Positions 29,313-40,492 of a stretch of DNA of 64,000 nucleotides are shown here, piece after piece. Below the pieces are notes generated by a model. The model was given only the letters and a program-made list of their open reading frames with translations, ran no database searches and had not been told where the DNA came from. Made by a program: the position numbers and the translations under genes. The stretch comes from an uncultured Candidatus Rokubacteria bacterium (GTDB taxonomy: Bacteria > Methylomirabilota > Methylomirabilia > Rokubacteriales > DASRDR01), in contig CAWGVS010000005.1 in the NCBI GenBank assembly GCA_963826115.1, positions 800,001-864,000 of the forward strand. Reading direction: 5' to 3'. How positions within the stretch are numbered: position 1 is the first letter of the stretch; every line of letters starts with the position of its first letter.

Positions 29313-29758
29313 GCCCGCTCGCGCGAGTCGAGGAGGACCGTCACCGGGCCGTCGTTCGCGAGCCGCACGACCATGTGGGCGCCGAAGCGGCCTTCCACGA
29401 CCGGCACGCCGCCGCCCCTGAGCCGCTCGGCCACGTCCTTCACCATCGGCGCGGCCACGTCGGGCGGGGCGGCACCGAGGAAGTCGGGGCGCCGACCGCG
29501 GCGCGTGTTGGCCAGGAGCGTGAACTGGGAGACGAGGAGGCAGCTGCCGCCGGTCTCGAGCAGGGAGTGCTGAAACTTTCCCTGCTCGTCTTCGAAGATG
29601 CGGAGGTGGAGGATCTTGTCGGCGAGGTACCGAACGTCCTCGGGCCCGTCACCGGCCGCAACGCCGAGGAGGGTGACGAGGCCCCGGTCGATGCTGCCGA
29701 TCACCTGGCGATCCGCCTCGACCGACGCTCCGGTCACGCGCTGCAGCAAGGCCCGCAT
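29309..29758 (-). CDS. dtd: D-aminoacyl-tRNA deacylase
   Basis: MRALLQRV, LRIFEDEQGK, VSQFTL, GRRP, NDGPVT. Confidence 0.96.
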   Translation of the reverse strand: MRALLQRVTGASVEADRQVIGSIDRGLVTLLGVAAGDGPEDVRYLADKILHLRIFEDEQGKFQHSLLETGGSCLLVSQFTLLANTRRGRRPDFLGAAPPDVAAPMVKDVAERLRGGGVPVVEGRFGAHMVVRLANDGPVTVLLDSRERA

Positions 29759-29776
29759 GTGGTCCGGTCTCGGACG

Positions 29777-29806
29777 AGTATATCAACGGCCGTCCGCGCG
29801 GCGCAA
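29777..29806 (-). promoter_or_regulatory. sigma70-type promoter of dtd-xerD
   Basis: TTGCGC-18 nt-TATACT. Confidence 0.55.
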
Positions 29807-31429
29807 GGAACTCCTTCGCCAGCGGCCCCCGAGCGCGTTCCGCGCGAGCTTCACCTCTTCGGCGCCGAGCGCGGCGTGACAGCCGACGTAGGCGGCCGTC
29901 GATCCGACGATCACCGCGGCCAGCCACACGGCCTCCGCGAGGCGCCCCGCCGGCGGCGGCACGAAGCGCGCCACGAGGACGAGGAGCAGGCACAGCCCGG
30001 CCGACACGCCGGCGTTGCGCAGCCAGCCCCGCCGCGCGCCGGGAATCGGCCGGCCGGGAAGCCGGCGGCGGAGGAGCACGGCGAGGACGATCGCGTTGAG
30101 CGTGGCGGCGGCGGCGATGGCGATGGCGAGGCCGACGTGGCCGAGGGGCCGCGCCAGGAGCGCCGCGATCCCGCAGTTGAAGGCCATCGCGCAGGCCGAG
30201 ACCTTGACGGGTGTCTTCGTGTCGCCGAGCGCGAAGAACGCCTGCGCGGAGATCTTGGCCGTCGACGAGCCGACGATCCCGAGCGCGTACATGGCGACCG
30301 CCCCGGCGGTGCCCGCGGTCTCGGCGGGTCCGAAGTGCCCCCGCTGGTAGAGCACGCGGACGATCGGCTCCGAGAGGACGAAGAGGCCCACCGCCGCCGG
30401 CATGCTGACGAACGTCGCGAGGCGCAGGGCGAACGACACGGTCTCGCGGACCGCCCCCCGATCCCGGCGTGCCGCCTGCTCCGACAGGGTCGGCAGCACC
30501 GCGGTCGCGATCGCGACGCCGAAGACGCCGAGCGGAAACTCGATCAGGCGGTCGGCGTAGTAGAGGTACGAGACGCTGCCCTTCGCGAGGAACGACGCGA
30601 TGATCGTGTTGACGACGGTGCCGAGGTGGGTCGCCGACTGCCCGACGACGACCGGCGCCACGAGCCCGAGGACCCGCCGGACCGCGGGGTGACCGAGCGC
30701 GATCCGGGGCGCCGTCAGGAGGCCGCGCTTTCCGAGCCAGGGCAGCTGCATCAGGAGCTGGCCGGCTCCGCCCAGGAGGACGCCCACCGCGAGGCCGATG
30801 ACCGGCTCCGACAGGTGAGGCGCGACGACGAGGGCGCCGAAGATGATGCTCACGTTCAGGGCGACCGGGGTCAGCGCCGGAACGAGGAAGTGGCGATGCG
30901 CGTTGAGCACGCCCATGACCAGCGCCGAGAGGCCCACGAAGAAGAGGTACGGGAACATGAGGCGCGTCAGGCGCACCGTCAGCTCGCCCACCGCCGGGTT
31001 GGCGAAGAAGCCGGGCGCCATCACCCGGACCACCCACGGCGCGCCGACGATGCCGAGGAGCGTCAGGGCGCCGAGGACGAGGGTCATCATTCCGGCCACG
31101 GCGCGCAGCATCCGGAGCGTGTCGGAGCGCGATCGGGTGGTCACGTACTCCGTGAACACCGGCACGAAGGCCGCCGACAGCGCGCCCTCCGCGACCAGGC
31201 GCCGGAGGAGGTTCGGCAGCCGGAACGCGACGAAGAAGGCGTCGGTGGCGACGCTCGCGCCGAAGGCGCGGGCGATGACGAGGTCCCGCACGAAGCCGAG
31301 GATCCGGCTGGCCAGCGTTGCGGAGCTGACGACCGCCGCCGCGCGCGCCACCGCCCGCCGGGCCCCCCTGATGGGAGGCGGTGGCGGGGACTCGGTGTCC
31401 TCGCTCCCGATCGGAAGGTCCGTGCTCAC
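29783..31429 (-). CDS. murJ: Lipid II flippase MurJ (MviN)
   Basis: SRILGFVRD, DAFFVAFRLPNLLRRLVAEGALSAAFVP, LYYADRLIEFPLG. Confidence 0.96.
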   Translation of the reverse strand: MSTDLPIGSEDTESPPPPPIRGARRAVARAAAVVSSATLASRILGFVRDLVIARAFGASVATDAFFVAFRLPNLLRRLVAEGALSAAFVPVFTEYVTTRSRSDTLRMLRAVAGMMTLVLGALTLLGIVGAPWVVRVMAPGFFANPAVGELTVRLTRLMFPYLFFVGLSALVMGVLNAHRHFLVPALTPVALNVSIIFGALVVAPHLSEPVIGLAVGVLLGGAGQLLMQLPWLGKRGLLTAPRIALGHPAVRRVLGLVAPVVVGQSATHLGTVVNTIIASFLAKGSVSYLYYADRLIEFPLGVFGVAIATAVLPTLSEQAARRDRGAVRETVSFALRLATFVSMPAAVGLFVLSEPIVRVLYQRGHFGPAETAGTAGAVAMYALGIVGSSTAKISAQAFFALGDTKTPVKVSACAMAFNCGIAALLARPLGHVGLAIAIAAAATLNAIVLAVLLRRRLPGRPIPGARRGWLRNAGVSAGLCLLLVLVARFVPPPAGRLAEAVWLAAVIVGSTAAYVGCHAALGAEEVKLARNALGGRWRRSSLRRADGR

Positions 31430-31464
31430 CCGACTATCGACGGCCGCGATGGGTGTCGCGAACC

Positions 31465-31493
31465 TTGACAGCCCCGGCGGGGCACGGTACGCT
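31465..31493 (+). promoter_or_regulatory. sigma70-type promoter of rpsT
   Basis: TTGACA-17 nt-TACGCT. Confidence 0.7.
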
Positions 31494-31569
31494 CCGAAGT
31501 CGCGCGTGGAGAGCGTCGCCGCGACCGCAGCGGCGACGCGCGCAACGCATCCCTGGAGGAGGTGATCCG

Positions 31570-31839
31570 ATGGCGAACATCAAGTCCGCGATCAAGCGTA
31601 TCCGCCAGACCGAGAAGCGGCGCGTCCGCAACGCTGCCGTCCGGTCGACGGTCCGGACCTCGGTCAAGAGCGCGCGCGCGGCGATCGAGGGTGGCCAAGC
31701 CGCTCAGGCCCGCGAGACCCTGCTGCGCACGATCCAGGTCCTCGACAAGGCGGTCACCAAGGGCGTCATCCACAAGAACACGGCCGCCCGCAAGAAGTCC
31801 CGCCTCACGCGTCAGCTGAACGCACTCGCGAGCCGCTAG
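31570..31839 (+). CDS. rpsT: 30S ribosomal protein S20
   Basis: MANIKSAIKRIRQTEKRR...DKAVTKGVIHKNTAARKKSRL. Confidence 0.98.
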   Translation: MANIKSAIKRIRQTEKRRVRNAAVRSTVRTSVKSARAAIEGGQAAQARETLLRTIQVLDKAVTKGVIHKNTAARKKSRLTRQLNALASR

Positions 31840-32855
31840 CCCGCCAGATCGGCGACCAGGCAGATCAAGAGGGCCCGGGGGTGCCTCGCCCCCGTCTTGA
31901 TCCCCTGCTCCACCTCGAAGCACCGGTCCGCCGCGCGGAAAAGGCCCCGAGCCCCGACGGCGCGCGCCCGCGCCACGAGCCGTTCCACCGCCCAGTCGGG
32001 CCGGCGCCGCGTCAGCGCGCGAGCGGCCTCGCGCGCGTCGGCTCCGGCGAGCGCCGCCGGCAGCACGCGCCAGAGGTCCCGGACGTAGCCGACGAGCCAC
32101 GCGAGCATGATCAGCGGCTCGTCGCCCGACGCCTGGAGCTGTGAGGCGAGGCGGAGCGCGTCAGCCTGGCGCGCCTCCTCGAGGGCCTGAGTCAGCTCCC
32201 AGTACTGCCGGCTTCGTGTCTCCCCGGCGAGCGCGCGCACGACGTCCTCCGAGACCTTCCGGTCGCCCGCCGTGTAGAGGGCCGCCTTCTCCAGCTCGGC
32301 GGCGAGACGGGACAGGTCCTCCCCGACCAGGTCCACCAGGGCCTGGGCGGCGTCGGGTGCCAGGTCGAGCCCGCCCGCGCGCGCGCGCTCGCGGAGCCAG
32401 CCGACCACCGCCCGGCCCGCCGGCGCCCTCACCTCGGCCTGGTCGACCTCGGGCAGGATGCGGAGGCCCGCCGTGCGGCGGTCCGAACCGGCCGCGACGA
32501 GGAGGACCGTCGTCCCTTCCGCGGGCCATCCCGCGGGCGCCCGCCGGGCCTCGGCGACGGCGTCGCGGAGGCGATCGGCCACCTTGGCCGCGAGGTCGGT
32601 GACGCCCCGCACGAGAACCAGGCGCCGGCCGGCGAAGAGGGAGAGCGAGGCGCCGGCGGCAATCAGCGCGTCCGCGGTGACCTGGTCGGCGTGGAACAGC
32701 TCCCGGTTCCAGCCGGCGGACTGCTCGTCGGGCAGGATCGCCCGGGTCAGTCGGTCGAGCACCTCGTCGACGAGGAGGGGCTCGGGTCCGTGGAGGAGGA
32801 GAAGCGGGGGGACACGTCCGGCCGCGGCGTCGCGAAGGAGGGCGTTGACCTCCAG
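31836..32855 (-). CDS. holA: DNA polymerase III delta subunit
   Basis: PPLLLLHGPEPLLVDE, SLFAGRRLVLVR, LVGEDLSRLAAELEKAALY, IKTG; leuS-lptE-holA-rpsT synteny; inferred CTG start (ORF track starts at 32762). Confidence 0.88.
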   Translation of the reverse strand: MEVNALLRDAAAGRVPPLLLLHGPEPLLVDEVLDRLTRAILPDEQSAGWNRELFHADQVTADALIAAGASLSLFAGRRLVLVRGVTDLAAKVADRLRDAVAEARRAPAGWPAEGTTVLLVAAGSDRRTAGLRILPEVDQAEVRAPAGRAVVGWLRERARAGGLDLAPDAAQALVDLVGEDLSRLAAELEKAALYTAGDRKVSEDVVRALAGETRSRQYWELTQALEEARQADALRLASQLQASGDEPLIMLAWLVGYVRDLWRVLPAALAGADAREAARALTRRRPDWAVERLVARARAVGARGLFRAADRCFEVEQGIKTGARHPRALLICLVADLAG

Positions 32856-32856
32856 C

Positions 32857-33381
32857 TCAGAACCCTTCGAAGGCGAAGCTGACGATGGCGCGCGCCACGT
32901 CCACCGCGGCCTTCTGGACGGCGACTTGCTCCCGGGCGATCGTCTGCGACACCTGGCCCGCGACCTGGAAGTCGGCCCGCTCCTCGATGCGGTCCTGCTT
33001 CCAGATGACCTTGTTCTGCTTGAGGTCCTTGAACGTCAGCGCGAGGCCGATGATCAGGCGGTATGACGTGACGTTGGCGCTGCTGTCGAACGAGAGCGAC
33101 GTCAGCCGGTACTCGACGATGCTCCCCTCGAGGGTGGCGTCGGCGTCCTGGGCATTCGCGGCGATCCGCACGCGTCCGCTCTGGACCACCGCCTGGGTCA
33201 GCGCCTGCGTGATGAAGTCCTCGATGCCGGGCTCCGACGTCTTGTTCACCAGGACCGGCACGTGGATCGAGTTGATGCCCGGCGGCATGCTGGTGCGGAG
33301 CGAGTACCCGCAGCCGCCGAGGAGGAGGCTGGCGGCAACCGGCACGGCGACGAGGGCGCTCAGCGCGCTGCGGCGGGTCAT
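32857..33381 (-). CDS. lptE: LPS assembly lipoprotein LptE
   Basis: Lipobox LLLGGC-GY, IHVPVLVNKT, ADATLEGSI; directly after leuS. Confidence 0.85.
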   Translation of the reverse strand: MTRRSALSALVAVPVAASLLLGGCGYSLRTSMPPGINSIHVPVLVNKTSEPGIEDFITQALTQAVVQSGRVRIAANAQDADATLEGSIVEYRLTSLSFDSSANVTSYRLIIGLALTFKDLKQNKVIWKQDRIEERADFQVAGQVSQTIAREQVAVQKAAVDVARAIVSFAFEGF

Positions 33382-35882
33382 GCCGGGCTCCCGGTGCCCT
33401 TGGTCACGATGTTGACGAGGCGGCCGGGCACCACCACCACCCGCGCGACCTCGCGGGCCTCGAGCCACGGCCGGACCTTCTCGTCGGCCAGCGCCTCGGT
33501 GCGAAGACGGTCCTCGGCGATCTCGGGCGAGACGACCAGCCGGGTGCGCACGCGCCCGTCGACCTGCACCACGACCTGCACCGCGTCCCGCGCGAGCGCC
33601 GCAGGGTCGGCGGACGGCCAGGACGCGCGAAACACGCTGTCCCGATGGCCGAGCTGGGACCACAGCTCCTCGGCGAGGTGCGGCGCGAACGGCGCGAGCA
33701 GGCGGACCAGCGTGTCGATCGACTCCGCGAGCAGGCTCGCCCGCTCCTCGGCGGCCGCCCGGTCGAGCGACTCCGTCGCGAAGGCGTGCATCGCGTTGAC
33801 GAGCTCGTGGAGGGCGCTGATGGCGGTGTTGAAGTGGAAGTCGTCGATGTCCGTCGTGACGCGCTGGATCGTGTCGTGGACCGTGCGGCGGAAGGCCCGC
33901 CCCGGCGCCGAGAGGTCGGCCGGCGGTCGCGCGGCGTTCGCGAAGCTCTCGCGGTTGGCCTGGAAGAACCGCCAGACGCGGTTGAGGAACCGGAACGCGC
34001 CCTCGACCCCCTGGTCGCTCCACTCGAGGTCCTTCTCGGGCGGGGCCATGAAGAGCTCGAACACCCGCCCGGTGTCGGCCCCGTACGTCTCGATGAAGTC
34101 GTCCGGGCTCACGACGTTGCCCTTCGACTTCGACATCTTCGCGCCGTCCTTGACGACCATCCCCTGCGTGAACAGCCGCTGGAAGGGCTCGTCGAGCTTG
34201 AAGTAGCCGAGGTCCCTGAGGACCTTCGTGTAGAACCGCGCGTACAGGAGGTGGAGGATCGCGTGCTCGATCCCGCCCGTGTACTGGTCGACGGGCATCC
34301 AGTAATGGACGGCGTCCGCGTCGGCGAGGCCGCCCAGGTGCCGCGGCGAGCAAAACCGGAGGAAGTACCAGGACGAGTCCACGAAGGTGTCCATCGTGTC
34401 CGTCTCCCGCCGGGCCGGGCCGCCACAGCGGGGACAGGTCGTGTTGACGAACCCCGGCACGTCGGCGATCGGCGAGCCGCCCTTCCCCGTGATCTGCACG
34501 TCCTGCGGGAGCACGACGGGCAGCCGCTCCGGCCGCTCGGGGACCGTGCCGTCCTTCGGGCAGTACACGATGGGGATCGGCGCGCCCCAGTACCGCTGAC
34601 GGCTGATCCCCCAGTCGCGGAGCCGGTAGTTCACCTTGGCGACGCCGAGCTTCCGAGCGACGAGCCAGTCGATGGACTTCCGCTTGGCCTCGGCCACCGT
34701 GAGGCCGTCGAGGAACCCGGAGTTGATCTTGGCGCCGTCGCCGTTGTACGCCTCGCCGGTCCAGCCGGCCGGGCGTTCGACGGTCTCGACGATCGGGAGC
34801 CCGTAGGCCTTCGCGAAGTCCCAGTCCCGCTGGTCCTCGCCGGGGACCGCCATGATCGCGCCGGTGCCGTAGCCCATCAGGACGTAGTCCGCGAGGAAGA
34901 GCGGCACCTCCGCCCCGTTGAAGGGGTTGACCACCTTGGCCCGGAGCCGGAGCCCGCGCTTCGGCCGGTCGGTTGCGAGCCGCTCGATCTCGGTCTCGCG
35001 CGCGACCTCGCTCCGGAATGCCGCGACCGCCGTCCGCTCCTCGGCGTCGGCGACCAGCTGGTCGACGAGCGGGTGTTCGGGCGCGAGCACGGCGTACGTC
35101 ATGCCGAACGACGTGTCGGGGCGGGTCGTGAAGACGCGAAGGGCGAGCCCGGGTCGGCCGGCGACCGGGAGGTCGAACTCGGCCCCCTCGCTCTTGCCGA
35201 TCCAGTTGCGCTGCATCGTGAGGACGCGCTCGGGCCACCCCGTCAGCCGGTCACACCACTCGAGCAGCTCCTCGGCGTACGCCGTGATCTTGAAGTACCA
35301 GCCCTCGATCTCCTTGATGACGACCTCGGAGTCGCAGCGCCAGCAGCGTCCGGCCTCCACCTGCTCGTTGGCGAGCACGGTCTGGCAGCTCGGGCACCAG
35401 TTGACGCGCGCGCTCTTCTGGTACGCGAGGCCGCGCTCGAACATCTTCACGAAGATGAGCTGCTCCCACCGGTAGTACTCGGGATCGCACGTCGCGACCT
35501 CGCGGTCCCAGTCGTACGAGATCCCCAGCGTCTTCATCTGGGCCTTCATGGTCGCGATGTTCTCGTACGTCCACACCGCCGGGTGCACGCCGTTGTCGAT
35601 GGCGGCGTTCTCGGCCGGGAGGCCGAACGCGTCCCACCCCATCGGGTGGAGCACGTTGTACCCGCGCATTCGCTTGTAGCGGGTGATGGCGTCGCCGATC
35701 GCGTAGTTGCGGACGTGCCCCATGTGGATCCGGCCCGACGGATACGGGAACATCTCGAGACAGTAGAACTTCGGGCGGCCCGGCTCCTCGCGGACGCGGA
35801 AGAGACCGGTCTCGTCCCACACGCGCTGCCACTTGGTCTCGATTTCCCGGAAGGGATAGTGGTCGGGCCGGTCCAGGGTCAC
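33378..35882 (-). CDS. leuS: Leucine--tRNA ligase
   Basis: EMFPYPSGRIHMGH, MGWDAFGLPAENAA, RDWGISRQRYWG, GGIEHAILHLLYARF, KMSKS; alternative start ATG 35915. Confidence 0.98.
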   Translation of the reverse strand: MTLDRPDHYPFREIETKWQRVWDETGLFRVREEPGRPKFYCLEMFPYPSGRIHMGHVRNYAIGDAITRYKRMRGYNVLHPMGWDAFGLPAENAAIDNGVHPAVWTYENIATMKAQMKTLGISYDWDREVATCDPEYYRWEQLIFVKMFERGLAYQKSARVNWCPSCQTVLANEQVEAGRCWRCDSEVVIKEIEGWYFKITAYAEELLEWCDRLTGWPERVLTMQRNWIGKSEGAEFDLPVAGRPGLALRVFTTRPDTSFGMTYAVLAPEHPLVDQLVADAEERTAVAAFRSEVARETEIERLATDRPKRGLRLRAKVVNPFNGAEVPLFLADYVLMGYGTGAIMAVPGEDQRDWDFAKAYGLPIVETVERPAGWTGEAYNGDGAKINSGFLDGLTVAEAKRKSIDWLVARKLGVAKVNYRLRDWGISRQRYWGAPIPIVYCPKDGTVPERPERLPVVLPQDVQITGKGGSPIADVPGFVNTTCPRCGGPARRETDTMDTFVDSSWYFLRFCSPRHLGGLADADAVHYWMPVDQYTGGIEHAILHLLYARFYTKVLRDLGYFKLDEPFQRLFTQGMVVKDGAKMSKSKGNVVSPDDFIETYGADTGRVFELFMAPPEKDLEWSDQGVEGAFRFLNRVWRFFQANRESFANAARPPADLSAPGRAFRRTVHDTIQRVTTDIDDFHFNTAISALHELVNAMHAFATESLDRAAAEERASLLAESIDTLVRLLAPFAPHLAEELWSQLGHRDSVFRASWPSADPAALARDAVQVVVQVDGRVRTRLVVSPEIAEDRLRTEALADEKVRPWLEAREVARVVVVPGRLVNIVTKGTGSPA

Positions 35883-35921
35883 GGGTCCAGCGGGCCTCCT
35901 CTGATCAATGTCCATGCATAT

Positions 35922-37799
35922 TTAGCAGAGATCCCCCTCCGATGCAAGGGTGGGACTGCCGGGCGGCGCCGGCACCGGCGGCGGCGTCTCCGTCGGCACC
36001 TCGTCCTGGTGGAAGAAGCCGTAGATCCGCTGCGCCAGCTTGGGCGTGACCTTCGGGACGGCGGCCAGCTCGGCGACCGAGGCGGCCCGGACCCTCCGCG
36101 CCGAGCCGAGCGACTTCAGGAGGTTCGTCCGGATGGATGGGCCGACGCCCGGGATCTGGTCGAGGACCGAGACCAGCGTGCGCTTTTGACGCAGCTTCTT
36201 GTGATAGGTGATCGCGAAGCGGTGGGCCTCGTCCCGGATCCGCTGGAGCGTCTGGAGCGCCGGTGACGCGAGATCGAGGACCAGCGGGTGGAGGCTCCCG
36301 GGGTGGTACACCTCCTCCTCGCGCTTCGCGAGGGCGACGATCGGCAGGTAGTCGAGGCCGAGCTCCTCGAGCACGCGGGTCCCGGCGCTCAGCTGGCCGC
36401 GCCCACCGTCCAGCATGATCAGGTCGGGGAGCGTGCCTCCGTCCTCCAGGGCCTTGCCATAGCGCCGTCGCAGGACCTCGGCCATCATCGCGAAGTCGTC
36501 GGCGCCGGGGACGGTGCGGATCTTGAACCGCTTGTAGTCGTCCTTCTTCATGCCCCCGCCCTCCCAGACGACCATCGACCCGACCGCCTCCTGCCCCTGG
36601 ATGTTCGAGATGTCGAAACCCTCGATTCGGTGAGGGGCGTCCGGCAGCCCGAGCTCTCGCCGGAGCTCCTCGGCGACGACCTGGCGACGGCTCGAGCGGG
36701 CCAGCAGATGGGTCTGGAGGGCGAGTGCCGCGTTCTCCTCGGCCATCGCGACCAGCTCGCGCTTCCGGCCGCGCTGGGGGACGAGGAGCTCGACCCGGCC
36801 CTCGCGGAGCTGCGCGAGCCACTCCCCCACCAGCGCCTCCTCGGGCACCTCGACCGACAGCAGGACCTCGCGGGGCGGCATCACGCTCTTCGAGTAGAAC
36901 TGGCCGAGGAGCGCGGACAGGAGCTCGCCGTCGGTCGCGCTCCCCAGCTTGTCGAGGAAGAACGCCTCGCGGCCCAGGAGGCGCCCGCGGCGCACGAAGA
37001 AGATCTGGACGCACGCTTCCGAGCCCTGGCGCGCGAGGCCGAGGATGTCCTGGTCCTCCGGCTCGACCGAGATGATCTTCTGCCGCTCCCGCACGGTGTT
37101 CAGCGCCTGGACCTGGTCCCGGAGGATGCCGGCCCGCTCGAACTTCTCCTCCGCCGCGGCCTCCTCCATCTCCGCGGTCAGGCGGCGCGCGAGGTCCTCG
37201 TCGCGGCCCTCCAGGAACGCCTCGACGTCCTGCACCGTCCGGGCGTAGCCCTCGCGCGTCTCCTGCCCGGTGCAAGGCGCCTTGCACCGGTGGATGTAGT
37301 ACTGGAGGCACGGGCGCTCCGCCTGCCCGTCGATCTTGATGCTGCAGGTTCGCAGCGGGAACAGCGCGCGCACGAGGCGCAGGGTCTCGCGGAGCGCCGT
37401 CGCCGGGTAGAAGGGCCCGTAATAGGTCGCGCCGTCCTTCTGCACCCGCCGGGCCACCAGGAGGCGCGGGTATTCCTCGTTCGTCGTGAGCTTGAGGAAC
37501 GGGTAGTGCTTGTCGTCCTTGAGGATGATGTTGTAGCGGGGCCGGTGCCGCTTGACGAGGTTCGACTCGAGGATGAGGGCCTCGAGCTCGTTGGCGGTGA
37601 CGATGTAGTCGAGGTCGGCGATGTGGTCGACCAGCGCGTCGGTCTTCGCGTCCCGGACGCGGGAGGCCTGGAAGTACGAGCGGACGCGCGCCCGGATCGA
37701 CGCCGCCTTGCCGACGTACACGACCTGTCCCTTGGCGTCCTTGTAGAGGTAGACGCCGGGCCGGTCCGGGAGGCGCTCGAGCTTCTCGGCGAGGTCCAC
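35922..37799 (-). CDS. uvrC: Excinuclease ABC subunit C
   Basis: GIY-YIG (PGVYLY..YVGKA), RIEGFDISN, PDLIMLDGGRGQ, RDEAHRFAI, HhH; GTG 37799 preferred (alternative ATG 37808). Confidence 0.97.
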   Translation of the reverse strand: MDLAEKLERLPDRPGVYLYKDAKGQVVYVGKAASIRARVRSYFQASRVRDAKTDALVDHIADLDYIVTANELEALILESNLVKRHRPRYNIILKDDKHYPFLKLTTNEEYPRLLVARRVQKDGATYYGPFYPATALRETLRLVRALFPLRTCSIKIDGQAERPCLQYYIHRCKAPCTGQETREGYARTVQDVEAFLEGRDEDLARRLTAEMEEAAAEEKFERAGILRDQVQALNTVRERQKIISVEPEDQDILGLARQGSEACVQIFFVRRGRLLGREAFFLDKLGSATDGELLSALLGQFYSKSVMPPREVLLSVEVPEEALVGEWLAQLREGRVELLVPQRGRKRELVAMAEENAALALQTHLLARSSRRQVVAEELRRELGLPDAPHRIEGFDISNIQGQEAVGSMVVWEGGGMKKDDYKRFKIRTVPGADDFAMMAEVLRRRYGKALEDGGTLPDLIMLDGGRGQLSAGTRVLEELGLDYLPIVALAKREEEVYHPGSLHPLVLDLASPALQTLQRIRDEAHRFAITYHKKLRQKRTLVSVLDQIPGVGPSIRTNLLKSLGSARRVRAASVAELAAVPKVTPKLAQRIYGFFHQDEVPTETPPPVPAPPGSPTLASEGDLC

Positions 37800-37848
37800 G
37801 GAGTCCATGGTACGCCGGGTCGCCGCGGGTGGCGGCGTCCCGGAGGCG

Positions 37849-39843
<1,995 letters not shown>

Positions 39844-39880
39844 CGAGTCCTACCAGTGTACGCGCGCCCCGGCGGGGCGC

Positions 39881-40423
39881 TCAGGCGCCGGACGGGAGGG
39901 CGGCCGGGACCGCGTGGAGGTACTTCCGCCAGGCGTCGAGGAAGAAGGACGCGTGCGGATGACGCAGGAGGTGGACCGAGAACAGGAACTGCGGGTGCGC
40001 CGGCGTCCGGACCAGCACCATCCCCGCCTCGTCGGCGGTCCGACTCCCCTTGTACAGGTTGCAGCGGAGGCAGGCCGCGACCACGTTCGTCCAGGTGGTC
40101 CCGCCCCCCCGCGACCGCGGCACGACGTGGTCGACCGTCAGGCGGTCTCCCCGGCGGCCGCAGTACTGGCACGTGTAGTGGTCGCGCCGGAGGATGTTCT
40201 TCTTGTTGAACGCGACGCGCTCCACGAAGGGCTTCCGGATGTACATCATCAGCCGGATCACCGACGGGAGCGGGAACGTGTGGGACGGCGACCTGATGAC
40301 CCGGGGGGAGGGCTCGACGGTCTCGGCCTTGCCACTGAGGAGGAGGGTGATCGCGCGGCGGGCGTTGGTGAAGTGCAGCGGCTCGAAGCTGCCGTTTAGT
40401 ACTAGTACGGCCACTTCATCCAT
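39881..40423 (-). CDS. HNH endonuclease (McrA-like, zinc-binding)
   Basis: VLVLNGSFEPL, PSVIRL, RDHYTCQYCG, TVDHVVPRSRGG, WTNVVAACLRCN..KG. Confidence 0.9.
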   Translation of the reverse strand: MDEVAVLVLNGSFEPLHFTNARRAITLLLSGKAETVEPSPRVIRSPSHTFPLPSVIRLMMYIRKPFVERVAFNKKNILRRDHYTCQYCGRRGDRLTVDHVVPRSRGGGTTWTNVVAACLRCNLYKGSRTADEAGMVLVRTPAHPQFLFSVHLLRHPHASFFLDAWRKYLHAVPAALPSGA

Positions 40424-40433
40424 ATGCCATCGC

Positions 40434-40463
40434 ATGATACGGAGGGCGCGTCGTTTCTGTCAA
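40434..40463 (-). promoter_or_regulatory. sigma70-type promoter of the HNH gene
   Basis: TTGACA-18 nt-TATCAT. Confidence 0.7.
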
Positions 40464-40492
40464 CCGCGCCGCTCCCGGACTCGGGCGGGCCG

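Noticed and set aside
39881-40423. HNH as a homing, restriction or Cas nuclease
   Set aside because: No intron/intein, methyltransferase, cas gene or repeat array nearby; it belongs to a common stand-alone family.
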